From Candidatus Magasanikbacteria bacterium GW2011_GWC2_37_14 (GTDB lineage Bacteria > Patescibacteriota > Patescibacteriia > Magasanikbacterales > UBA922): DNA of 64,000 bases. Every line of letters begins with the position of its first letter. The first letter of the stretch is position 1. The DNA lies in the NCBI GenBank assembly GCA_000990355.1, contig LBSX01000002.1, positions 6,000 to 69,999 of the forward strand, given 5' to 3'. The position numbers and the translations under genes were made by a program. The notes beneath the pieces are model-generated. The model saw only the letters and a list, made by a program, of their open reading frames with translations. It was not told where the DNA came from and made no database searches. Below, one piece after another: positions 47,397-56,781 of the stretch.

Positions 47397-49484
47397 ATGG
47401 AAAAAATAACAAACATCAACGACGAAAAAACTATTAGAATTGGTAAATTAAACGATTTAAAAAAACTTGGAGTAAATCCTTATCCAGCCAAAGCGCATAA
47501 AAAAAATACTTTAGAAGAAGCATTAAGCATGACCGATGGTGAGAAAGTTTGTTGTGCTGGTAGAATTATTACTTTTAGAGAAATGGGTAAATTAACTTTT
47601 TGTCATTTACAAGATGCTAGTGCAAAAATGCAAATTGCCTTAAAAGATGGTGAGATTGATAAAGAAAGTTATCATTTGTTTTTAAAGAAAATTGATTCTG
47701 GTGATATTATTCAAGTAGAAGGAGAAAGATTTACTACCCACAAAGGCGAAGCTTCTATTTTAGTTAAAAAATGGACCTTGCTTAGCAAATCACTTCTACC
47801 TTTACCAGATAAATTTCATGGATTACAAGATGAAGAGATTCGTTTGCGTAAACGATATTTAGAAATGATTGACAATCCCGAAGTAAAAGATATTTTTATT
47901 CGTAAAAGTAAATTTTGGAATAGTACTCGTCAATTTTTATTAAAAGAAGGATTTTTGGAAGTCGAAACCCCAGCCTTGGAAGTAACTGCTGGTGGAGCCA
48001 GTGCTACTCCATTTGTTACACATCACAATGCCCTAGATATTGATGTTTATTTACGAATTTCTATGGGTGAACTTTGGCAAAAAAGATTAATGGTTGCTGG
48101 TTTTGAAAAAACATTTGAAATTGGTAGACAATTTAGAAATGAAGGCATGAGTCGTGAGCATTTGCAAGATTATACACAAATGGAATTTTATTGGGCCTAT
48201 GCGGATTACAACATGGGTATGGAATTAGTAGAAAAATTAATTAAATATATTGCCAAAGAAACATATAACACACTAAAATTTACGATTGGTGATTTTGGTG
48301 AAATTGATTTAGGTGAAAAATGGGAGCGTTATGATTATGTTTCTATAATTAAAGAAAAAACTGGCGTAGATGTTTTAAAGACTAATGATAAGGAATTGAA
48401 AATTGAACTTAAAAAATTAAAAGTAGCCTATGAAGAAACCGAGGGTCGTAGTAGTTTAATTGATGCTTTATGGAAATTTTGTCGCCGGTCATTAAAAGGT
48501 CCTGGTTTTTTAATTAATGTACCTGTAGCTGTGTCTCCTTTAGCCAAAAGAAAAACCGATAACCCAGAATTAACCGAAAGATTTCAAATTATTATTGCTG
48601 GTTCTGAATTGGGCAATGGTTATTCCGAATTAAATGATCCAATCGATCAAGCAGAAAGATTTAAAGAGCAGGCCAGCATGCGTGAAGCCGGGGATAATGA
48701 AGCACAAATGCATGACACAGACTTTGTAGAAGCTTTGGAACATGGTATGCCACCAACCTGTGGTTTTGGTTTTTCCGAACGTTTATTTTCGTTTTTAGAG
48801 AACAAACCAATTCGCGAGTGTGTAATTTTTCCTTTGATGAGACCAGAAAAGGGTGATTTAGAAAAAATCAGTGTTGTCAGTAAAAAAAACAATGATGTTT
48901 TATTAAAACTTCCAATTACTCGTGAGGAGGCGTTATGTGCTATAAAAAAGTATACTAAAAAACCAGCAAATTTAAATCATTACCTAGAATCAGAAGTGGT
49001 AATGCGTGCTCTAGCAACACATTTAAAACAAAACGTGGAATATTGGGGTATGCTTGGGTTACTTCATGATATTGATTGGGAAATGACTGAGGATGACTCT
49101 ATAAAACATTTGACTAAAGCTCCAGAATTGTTAAAAGGATTAGGTTTTGATGATTATTTTATTGAAATTATTTTGTCTCATGGTTATGGTTGTAATTGTG
49201 CTGGGTTGAATGATAAAAAACGTTCAAAACAATTAGAATTTGCTTTGGCCTGTGCTGAGACAGTAACTGGGTTAATTTACAGTGTATCTTTAATGAGACC
49301 GGATAAAATTGCTACTTTAGATGCTAAATCGGTAATGAAGAAATTTAAGGATAAGAAATTTGCGGCTAAAGTAGATCGTGAGGTAATTAAAGAATGTGAA
49401 AAGATCGGTTTGGGTGTTGAGGAATTTTTACAATTATCAATCGAAGCTATTCGTTCGATTGCTGGTCAAATTGGTTTAAAATAA
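47397..49484 (+). CDS. lysS: Lysyl-tRNA synthetase (class II) fused to a C-terminal YqeK-like HD phosphohydrolase domain
   Basis: The LysRS core ends at the canonical ...CVIFPLMRP. A further 210 aa follow with the HD motifs H-x-LESEVVMRALATHL...GLLHDI, ILSHGYG and FALACAETV. Confidence 0.85.
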   Translation: MEKITNINDEKTIRIGKLNDLKKLGVNPYPAKAHKKNTLEEALSMTDGEKVCCAGRIITFREMGKLTFCHLQDASAKMQIALKDGEIDKESYHLFLKKIDSGDIIQVEGERFTTHKGEASILVKKWTLLSKSLLPLPDKFHGLQDEEIRLRKRYLEMIDNPEVKDIFIRKSKFWNSTRQFLLKEGFLEVETPALEVTAGGASATPFVTHHNALDIDVYLRISMGELWQKRLMVAGFEKTFEIGRQFRNEGMSREHLQDYTQMEFYWAYADYNMGMELVEKLIKYIAKETYNTLKFTIGDFGEIDLGEKWERYDYVSIIKEKTGVDVLKTNDKELKIELKKLKVAYEETEGRSSLIDALWKFCRRSLKGPGFLINVPVAVSPLAKRKTDNPELTERFQIIIAGSELGNGYSELNDPIDQAERFKEQASMREAGDNEAQMHDTDFVEALEHGMPPTCGFGFSERLFSFLENKPIRECVIFPLMRPEKGDLEKISVVSKKNNDVLLKLPITREEALCAIKKYTKKPANLNHYLESEVVMRALATHLKQNVEYWGMLGLLHDIDWEMTEDDSIKHLTKAPELLKGLGFDDYFIEIILSHGYGCNCAGLNDKKRSKQLEFALACAETVTGLIYSVSLMRPDKIATLDAKSVMKKFKDKKFAAKVDREVIKECEKIGLGVEEFLQLSIEAIRSIAGQIGLK

Positions 49485-49489
49485 AAATT

Positions 49490-49909
49490 ATGAAAACCGT
49501 AATGATCTTTGGCACTTTTGATATTGTCCATGCTGGACATTTGCATATGTTTAAAGAAGCCAAGAAATATGGTGATTTTTTAGTCGTTGTGGTTGCACGT
49601 GATCAAAATGTAGAAATAATTAAGGGTTTAGGGTCATTACATAGTGAAGAAGAAAGATTGTTGTTTTTAGAAAATATTAAATTAATTGATCAGGTTTTGT
49701 TGGGAGACAAAACTGATGTTTATAAAGTCGTAAATGAAATTAAACCAAATATAATTGCTTTAGGTTATGATCAAAAAATTTATGTAGACAATCTTGAAAA
49801 GGCTATCACCAATTTCGGGTTGAATACTAGAATAGTACGATTAGCACCTTATCAAGAAAATCGTTTAAAAAGTAATAAAATTCGTAAATATATTGAACGT
49901 TTAGTATAG
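49490..49909 (+). CDS. Cytidylyltransferase-like nucleotidyltransferase (RibL/TagD-like, HxGH superfamily)
   Basis: IFGTFDIVHAGHLHMFKEAKKYGDFLVVVVARDQNV. Confidence 0.65.
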   Translation: MKTVMIFGTFDIVHAGHLHMFKEAKKYGDFLVVVVARDQNVEIIKGLGSLHSEEERLLFLENIKLIDQVLLGDKTDVYKVVNEIKPNIIALGYDQKIYVDNLEKAITNFGLNTRIVRLAPYQENRLKSNKIRKYIERLV

Positions 49910-49912
49910 ATT

Positions 49913-50941
49913 ATGCAAAAAGTTTTAATTGCGACAACCAACCAAGGAAAATTTAATGAAACCAAGGAATTTTTGAGTGATTTGGCTTTTAATTTTATTA
50001 GTTTAAATGATTTGAACAAAAAAATTTCTCCACCAGAAGAAAACGAAGATAATTTGGAAAAAAATGCCATGTCTAAAGCGGTTTATTATGGAGAAAAAAC
50101 CGGTTTAATTACACTTTGTGATGATTCTGGTTTGTTTGTTAAAACTTTAAAAAACTTTCCCGGTATTTATTCAGCGCGAATTGCAAAAACCGATAAAGAG
50201 CGTTGTAAAATTATTTTAGAAAAATTAAAAAATAAAAAAAGCCGTTCTGCTATTTTTGCTTTAGTTTATGCACTCTATAACCCCAGCAATCAGGATCTAT
50301 ATTTAGCCAGTGGTATGACCAAGGGCAAAATTACCGAAAAGGAAATTGGCAAAAATGGTTTTGGTTATGACCAAATTTTTTATGTAAATGAAAAAAAGAA
50401 AACTTACGCTCAAATGAAAATTCAAGAAAAAAATTCTTGTTCGCATCGAGCTAAGGCCTTAAACAAAGTAAAATATTTTTTATTAAATCAGTTTGACCCA
50501 AAACATATTGTCGTTCCTTTTGGTATTATTGTAAAAGAAGGCAAAATGTTAATATCTCTACGTAATGATCCTCATCGTCCAAAATCCCACAAAAAATGGG
50601 AAATGCCTGGTGGGGGAGTAGATTTTGGAGATAATGTAGAATCTACATTATTAAAAGAAGTAAAAGAAGAAACAGGTTATAAAATAAAAATTATTAAGCA
50701 ATTGCAAGGAATTACTGTTAAAAGTGTTGCATACCCAAATTACAAATATCAAGTTTTTTTAGTTCCTTTTGTTTGTAAAATTATTAGTGGTAAATTAGCA
50801 TTGAACAGTAATGAAGTTTTGACTACAAAATGGATTAAACCAAATGATTACAAAAATTACAAATTTTTAGAAGGTAATAATATCATGTTAAAAAAATTAT
50901 TACCGCAATTAAAACAAGTTATTAAAGATTTTAAATTATAA
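49913..50941 (+). CDS. Ham1/RdgB-type dITP/XTP pyrophosphatase fused to a C-terminal Nudix hydrolase domain
   Basis: ATTNQGKFNE, DDSGL, FGYDQIF, SHR. C-terminal Nudix box GGGVDFGDNVESTLLKEVKEETGY. Confidence 0.75.
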   Translation: MQKVLIATTNQGKFNETKEFLSDLAFNFISLNDLNKKISPPEENEDNLEKNAMSKAVYYGEKTGLITLCDDSGLFVKTLKNFPGIYSARIAKTDKERCKIILEKLKNKKSRSAIFALVYALYNPSNQDLYLASGMTKGKITEKEIGKNGFGYDQIFYVNEKKKTYAQMKIQEKNSCSHRAKALNKVKYFLLNQFDPKHIVVPFGIIVKEGKMLISLRNDPHRPKSHKKWEMPGGGVDFGDNVESTLLKEVKEETGYKIKIIKQLQGITVKSVAYPNYKYQVFLVPFVCKIISGKLALNSNEVLTTKWIKPNDYKNYKFLEGNNIMLKKLLPQLKQVIKDFKL

Positions 50942-50944
50942 AAT

Positions 50945-52183
50945 ATGCTAGATATTAAATTCATTCGTGAAAATGTGGAATTAATCAAAACTAACTGCGC
51001 TAATCGACATGTAAAAGTTGATATTGAAAAATTAGTAGAATTTGACGACAAAAGACGAGGGATGCTAAAAAGAATTGAAGATTTAAGAGCTAGTAGAAAT
51101 CAAAATTCCAAGCAAAAACCAAGTGAAGAAGAAATTGCTAAAATGAAGATTGTTGGAGAAGGCATAAAAGCCTTGGAAGTGGAAATGCAGACAATTGACG
51201 CTGAATATTTAAATTTGTTAAAACAAATTCCAAATTTATCCCATCCAGAGAGTCCAATTGGCGGTGAAGCAGATTATAAAGTAATTTGTGAAAGTGGTAA
51301 GCCACCTAAATTTGACTTTGTACCCAAAGATCATGAAACCCTAATGACAAGTTTAGATTTAATTGATTTTGAACGAGGAGCTAAAGTGTCGGGTTCTAAG
51401 TTTTATTTCGTAAAAAATGACGCTGTACGGCTCAATTTTGCCCTTTTGAGCTATGGTATGGATATTGTGAATAAATATGGCTACACCCTAATGGAAACCC
51501 CGGATTTGGCCAAAAATGAGATTTTGAGCGGTACTGGTTATAACCCTAGGGGTAATGAAACAGCAATTTATTCTGTCGAAAATACTGACCTAAGTTTAAT
51601 AGCCACTGCCGAAATCACTGTTGGTGGTTATCATGCCAATGAAGTTTTGGATTTGTCTAGTGGACCAAAAAAATATGTTGCCTTATCACATTGTTTTCGT
51701 ACCGAAGCAGGGTCCTATGGCCAGGAATCCAAAGGCCTGTATCGCGTTCATCAATTTACTAAATTAGAAATGTTTGTTTTTTGTAAACCAGAAGAAAGTG
51801 AAAAATATCACGAAGAAATATTAAATATTGAAAAAGAAATTTGTGATGGCTTAAAATTAAATTATCGCGTGATTGATATTCCGACAGGCGATTTGGGCGG
51901 GCCCGCTTATCGCAAATTTGATCTAGAAGCTTGGATGGTGATGAAAGACGGCTATGGTGAAATTACTTCTACTTCCAATTGTACAGATTATCAAGCACGA
52001 CGATTAAATATTAAATACAAAAATGAACAAGGCAATAATGAATATGTTCATACTTTAAATGGTACTGCTGTAGTCTTGAGCCGTTTTCCTCTGTCAATAG
52101 TTGAACAATACCAGCAAGCTGATGGGAGTGTTAAAATTCCTGCAGTGTTGGTAAAATATTTGGGTAAAAAAATTATTAAATAA
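50945..52183 (+). CDS. serS: Seryl-tRNA synthetase
   Basis: N-terminal coiled-coil arm. Class II motifs (FRTEAGSYG, GGPAYRKFDLEAW). Confidence 0.9.
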   Translation: MLDIKFIRENVELIKTNCANRHVKVDIEKLVEFDDKRRGMLKRIEDLRASRNQNSKQKPSEEEIAKMKIVGEGIKALEVEMQTIDAEYLNLLKQIPNLSHPESPIGGEADYKVICESGKPPKFDFVPKDHETLMTSLDLIDFERGAKVSGSKFYFVKNDAVRLNFALLSYGMDIVNKYGYTLMETPDLAKNEILSGTGYNPRGNETAIYSVENTDLSLIATAEITVGGYHANEVLDLSSGPKKYVALSHCFRTEAGSYGQESKGLYRVHQFTKLEMFVFCKPEESEKYHEEILNIEKEICDGLKLNYRVIDIPTGDLGGPAYRKFDLEAWMVMKDGYGEITSTSNCTDYQARRLNIKYKNEQGNNEYVHTLNGTAVVLSRFPLSIVEQYQQADGSVKIPAVLVKYLGKKIIK

Positions 52184-52184
52184 A

Positions 52185-52955
52185 ATGACTAAAAAAACTT
52201 TGATAATTCTACCTGGATGGGGTGGAAACAAAGAAACGTGGAAAAATTTTGCAGAACTTGCGAGCAAAGATTTTGACGTACATATTATTGAATTGCCGTG
52301 TTTTGGCGATGAACCCTGCCCAAAAACAGTTTGGGATATTGAAGATTATGTTGAGTTTGTTAAAAATAAACTTCTTGAGCGTCATTCCCGCGAAGGCGGG
52401 AATCTTAAATTGGTGAAAGATCCCCGTTTTCACGGGGATGACGCAGTGCTATTAGGTCACTCATTTGGTGGACAAGTAGCCACGGTCTTTGCTTCCAAAT
52501 ACCCAGAGATGATTGAAAAACTTATTTTAACAGCACCGGCTGTTTTCCGCCCTAAAAAAACTTTTCGACGAGTAGTTTTCAATATTGGAGCAAAATTTGG
52601 TAAATTAATTTTTAAAATTCCTTGGATAGAAAATGGTTCCCTCTGGGCCGAAAAAATTTATCACCAAGCAATTGGTGCCAAAGATTATCATGATAGTTCG
52701 GGCATTAAACGAGAAATTTTTAAAAATATTATTCGTCAAGACAGGGGAGTGGAAGCTAGTAAAATTACTATACCAACTCTAATTGTTTGGGGTACAATGG
52801 ATGGTTATCTACCAGTTGCTGATGCTAATCAATTGAATAAATTAATAAAAAACTCTAAACTTGAAATAGTTAATGGTGGAAGACATGGATTACACCTACA
52901 AATACCAGAAAAACTTTTATATTTAATAAAATCTTTTCTTGAAAAAAATATATGA
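52185..52955 (+). CDS. Alpha/beta-hydrolase fold protein with in-frame palindromic insert
   Basis: Nucleophile elbow GHSFGG. C-terminal GGRHGLHLQ His. Confidence 0.6.
   Translation: MTKKTLIILPGWGGNKETWKNFAELASKDFDVHIIELPCFGDEPCPKTVWDIEDYVEFVKNKLLERHSREGGNLKLVKDPRFHGDDAVLLGHSFGGQVATVFASKYPEMIEKLILTAPAVFRPKKTFRRVVFNIGAKFGKLIFKIPWIENGSLWAEKIYHQAIGAKDYHDSSGIKREIFKNIIRQDRGVEASKITIPTLIVWGTMDGYLPVADANQLNKLIKNSKLEIVNGGRHGLHLQIPEKLLYLIKSFLEKNI
52380..52443. repeat. Family A-like element (CGTCAT-ATTCCCGC/GCGGGAAT hairpin-ATCCCCG/CGGGGAT hairpin-ATGACG) inside the hydrolase gene
   Basis: Translated as HSREGGNLKLVKDPRFHGDD. Placed just before the GHSFGG nucleophile motif. Confidence 0.65.
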
Positions 52956-54532
52956 TTAACACCATAAACATAATTATTCTTGTTTTTTGGTTGATTAGTG
53001 CATTAGCTGATTATTTACAACTCACTTATTATTGGCAATTGAAAGAATGGCGCTGGGACAGAGCCAAAGATTTTTTATCCACTATACAAGGAAGACAATT
53101 GATTTTTCAACGACGTATCTCATTACGTATTATTTTAATTATTGTTGCACTTTTTTTACCATTCAATTTATTAATTTTTAAATTTTCTATAATTTTTATT
53201 TTGACATTAGATTTTTTAAATGCGTTTTACAAATTTTACTCTAGAAAGTTACTACATCCTGTTTTTACAAAAAAAGCCTTGTTAATTTTATTATTCACTT
53301 TCTGTTTAGAAGGTGGACTTTTCTTAAAATCACATGATTGGGAGATTCTACTCTTCTTATTAATGATAAGAGCTTTTTTACTTGGTTTTGTTATCTATTT
53401 TGTCAATTTATTTACTATTTTGGTTAAAAAATATTATATTAAAAAAGCTACAAAAAAAATAGAGAAACAAAAAAACTTAATAGTAGTTGGCATAACTGGT
53501 AGCTATGGAAAAACTACAGTAAAAAATTTCTTATATCATGTTTTAGAAAAAAAATTTAAAGTTATAAAAACGCCACGCAATATTAATACTGAAATTGGTG
53601 TAGCTAAATTTATTTTAAAAAATGATTTTAAAAATTCAGAAATTTTTATTTGTGAAATGGGTGCTTACAACGAAGGTGATATTCAAGCTATTTGCGATAT
53701 GGTACATCCGAAAATTGGTATTTTAACGGCTATAAATGAACAGCATTTATCATTATTCGGCGATATCAAAATTACACAAAAAACCAAATATGAACTTTTA
53801 AAATCTTTACCAGGAAACGGTTTGGCAATAATTAATTCGGACAACAACCTTTGTCGTGGTTTAATTCATGAATTAAATTGCGAAGTACATACTTTTGGCT
53901 ATAACGAAGAATACAAACCAACCTTTCTTCTAAAGAATATTAAATCTACAAATCAAGGAATTCTTTGTGAAGGAATTTTTTCTAATCAAACCATAATTAT
54001 TGAAGCTTCTATTGTAGGAGAACACAACTTTATGAATATAGCGCCCTGTTATTTAGTAGCAAAATTTCTAAAAATGTCCGATGATGACATAATCAAAAGT
54101 TGCAAAATTTTATCAATGCCCGATGGATCATTTCATATAAAAAATTATGGTTTGGCAATTATTATAAATGATAGTTATAATTCTAACCCAGACGGTTTTA
54201 AGGCTGCTTTGGGTGTAATGCAAAAATATTCATCACAAAAAAGAAGAATCGTAATTACTAGAGGAATGTTGGAGCTAGGTGGAAACAGTGAAGAGCTTCA
54301 TGAGTGTATTGGTGAAGAGATTTCTTTGGTAGCTGAAGAGTTAGTAATTATTACTCGTGACAATGAAGAAGCCCTGCGAAAGGGAGTTGGCACTAAATAT
54401 AAAACAGAAATAAAAAGTATTTTTGATCCAACAGATCTATTATCTTATTTTAGATCATTAAAAGACAAGGAATGTGTAATTTTATTGGAAAATCGTATGC
54501 CCATAGATATTATTAAAGAATTGGAAAAATAA
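52952..54532 (+). CDS. murF: MurF-like Mur ligase with an N-terminal polytopic membrane domain of about 170 aa
   Basis: P-loop VGITGSYGKTTVK. C-terminal IINDSYNSNPDGFKAALGVM. N-terminal region with 4-5 TM helices instead of the usual MurF N-domain. Confidence 0.7.
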   Translation: MINTINIIILVFWLISALADYLQLTYYWQLKEWRWDRAKDFLSTIQGRQLIFQRRISLRIILIIVALFLPFNLLIFKFSIIFILTLDFLNAFYKFYSRKLLHPVFTKKALLILLFTFCLEGGLFLKSHDWEILLFLLMIRAFLLGFVIYFVNLFTILVKKYYIKKATKKIEKQKNLIVVGITGSYGKTTVKNFLYHVLEKKFKVIKTPRNINTEIGVAKFILKNDFKNSEIFICEMGAYNEGDIQAICDMVHPKIGILTAINEQHLSLFGDIKITQKTKYELLKSLPGNGLAIINSDNNLCRGLIHELNCEVHTFGYNEEYKPTFLLKNIKSTNQGILCEGIFSNQTIIIEASIVGEHNFMNIAPCYLVAKFLKMSDDDIIKSCKILSMPDGSFHIKNYGLAIIINDSYNSNPDGFKAALGVMQKYSSQKRRIVITRGMLELGGNSEELHECIGEEISLVAEELVIITRDNEEALRKGVGTKYKTEIKSIFDPTDLLSYFRSLKDKECVILLENRMPIDIIKELEK

Positions 54533-54534
54533 AT

Positions 54535-55782
54535 ATGTCTTTTTTACAAAAACAAATTTTTACTGGTTTTGCCCCTAATCTTACTAAAGACGATTTAATT
54601 TTGTCTTTAAAATATTTATTTTTACCTTGGTACTGGAAAAATATTCAAAAAGGTAATGAAACAAACAAGGCCGAAGAATATTTAGAAAAATATTTAAACG
54701 TAAACAAGATCATTACTTTTGATAGTGGTCGAACAGCACTTTATTTTGTTCTACAAACACTTGGCAGTACACGGAATAGTGAAATTCTAGTCCAGGCTTA
54801 TACTTGTATGGTAGTAATCAATGCTATTCGTTGGACTGGCGCTACTCCTGTTTATGTAGATGTGAATGATGATTTTAACATGAGTGAAGATGATTTAATA
54901 AAAAAAATAACACCCAAAACCAAAATATTAATTATCCAACATACTTTTGGTAAACCAGCTAATTTAGAAAAGTTATTAATTGTTGCTAAAGAACATAATA
55001 TAAAAATTATTGAAGACTGTGCACACTCACTTGGCGCTAAATATAATAATCAATATCTGGGTACTTTTGGTGAAGCAGCTATAATTAGTTTTGGACCAGA
55101 CAAAATTATCTCATGTATTCGAGGTGGGGGAGTAATTACCAATAATAAAATATTAACAGAGAGATTAATTGAAATTCAAAAACAATTACCAAAAACCCCG
55201 CTTAAAAAAGTTATTCAACATTTGGTTTATTATCCGATATTTTATTTTTGCAAACCATTGTATAATCTTTTGCTTGGTAAAATAATTTTAAAAATTGCTA
55301 AAACCTTAAAATTTTATGGAAGAATTATTTATAACGAAGAAAAAATAGGCTTGCCCGTAACTGCTTACCCAGCACAATTGCCAAACTGTTTAGCTCAAAT
55401 TTTAAATCAACAATTAGTAAATTTGGACAATAATTTAAAACATCGCCAAACTTTGGCTAAATATTATCACGATAATTTAATTAACAATTTATTTATTAAA
55501 CCAAATTGGGATAACGATTCTGTTTGGTTGCGTTATACAATTTTAACTAATAATCCTGACAAATTACACAAGTTTTCTAAAACAAATGATATTATTTTAG
55601 GTAATTGGTACGATGCCCCGGTGGCTCCCAAAGACATTGATCTATCAATCGCTGGCTATACATTAGGAAATTGCCCTAATGATGAAAAGCTTGCTCAAAT
55701 GTCTGTAAATTTACCAACTGACCCAACAATTAGTAAAAAAGATGCTAAACGTATAGTAGACTTGTTAAATAACTATGTATAA
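54535..55782 (+). CDS. DegT/DnrJ/EryC1/StrS-family PLP-dependent sugar aminotransferase
   Basis: ISFGPDKIISCIRGGGVITN lysine region, fold-type I layout. Confidence 0.7.
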   Translation: MSFLQKQIFTGFAPNLTKDDLILSLKYLFLPWYWKNIQKGNETNKAEEYLEKYLNVNKIITFDSGRTALYFVLQTLGSTRNSEILVQAYTCMVVINAIRWTGATPVYVDVNDDFNMSEDDLIKKITPKTKILIIQHTFGKPANLEKLLIVAKEHNIKIIEDCAHSLGAKYNNQYLGTFGEAAIISFGPDKIISCIRGGGVITNNKILTERLIEIQKQLPKTPLKKVIQHLVYYPIFYFCKPLYNLLLGKIILKIAKTLKFYGRIIYNEEKIGLPVTAYPAQLPNCLAQILNQQLVNLDNNLKHRQTLAKYYHDNLINNLFIKPNWDNDSVWLRYTILTNNPDKLHKFSKTNDIILGNWYDAPVAPKDIDLSIAGYTLGNCPNDEKLAQMSVNLPTDPTISKKDAKRIVDLLNNYV

Positions 55783-56776
55783 AATAGAAAAAATAACAAA
55801 TCATGAAATTTGGGAAAATTTCAATTTACAACAACTGAACACTTTGTTTGTCCAGTCTGTCCAATATGGTAAATTTTATGAAAAAATTGGTGAACAATTT
55901 TGGATTTTTGGTATTTTTGAAAATAATATTTTAATTGGGGGGTCGTTAGTAGTAACTGTCCATGCTAGACGAGGAAATTTTCTTTACTTACCCTATGGTC
56001 CAATTGGTGAAAGGGGATTAAAAGATTTTTTTTCTTATTTAAAAGAATTTGCTAAAAAAAATAATTATGACTTTATTAGAGTTAGTCCTTTTATAGAAGA
56101 TTCAATAAAAAATAAAGAATTATACAAAAATTTGGGTTTTAGATCATCCCCAATACACGTATTAGCCGAAACAACCTGGTTATTAGATTTAGCCACAACT
56201 CAAGAAGAATTATTACAGCAAATGGACAAAACCCATCGTTATTTAATTAAGCGTTGTGAAAAAGAAGGGGTAAAAATTGAAAAATCCGATGATATTAATA
56301 AATTTAATAAATTACATGATGAAACAGCCAAAAGACATAAATTTATTAGATTTTCTAATAAATACATAACTAATGAATTCAATTCTTTTACTTTAAAAGA
56401 TCAATGTTTAATATTTAATGGTTTTTTGTCAACAAACGAATTAGATTCTTCAGCTGTAATTATTTATTATGGTAATATGGCCGCCTACAGACATGGTGCT
56501 TCATTAAATTTAAATCACAAAATTTCAACCTCGTATTTACTCCAATGGGAAGCTATAAAAGAAGCAAAAAAAAGAGGAATAAAATATTATAATTTTTGGG
56601 GTATTGCCCCAGAAAATGCTAAAAAAAACCACCCATTTAAAGGTATCACTCATTTTAAAAAAGGTTTTGGTGGTTATCAGAAAGATCTGTTACACTGTCA
56701 AGATTTACCAATTTCTTATAAATATTGCTTTGCCTGGATTATAGAAACATTGCGAAGAATTAAAAGAAGATTTTAA
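55775..56776 (+). CDS. FemAB-family peptidyltransferase (peptidoglycan interpeptide bridge formation)
   Basis: Tandem GNAT-like FemABX architecture. YGNMAAYRHGASL...YNFWGI. Confidence 0.65.
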   Translation: MYKIEKITNHEIWENFNLQQLNTLFVQSVQYGKFYEKIGEQFWIFGIFENNILIGGSLVVTVHARRGNFLYLPYGPIGERGLKDFFSYLKEFAKKNNYDFIRVSPFIEDSIKNKELYKNLGFRSSPIHVLAETTWLLDLATTQEELLQQMDKTHRYLIKRCEKEGVKIEKSDDINKFNKLHDETAKRHKFIRFSNKYITNEFNSFTLKDQCLIFNGFLSTNELDSSAVIIYYGNMAAYRHGASLNLNHKISTSYLLQWEAIKEAKKRGIKYYNFWGIAPENAKKNHPFKGITHFKKGFGGYQKDLLHCQDLPISYKYCFAWIIETLRRIKRRF

Positions 56777-56781
56777 TATTT

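Noticed and set aside
52209-52433. ORFs 52209-52433 (-) and 52222-52416 (+) inside the alpha/beta hydrolase gene
   Set aside because: They are alternative-frame readings across the palindromic insert. The hydrolase frame carries the conserved GHSFGG motif.
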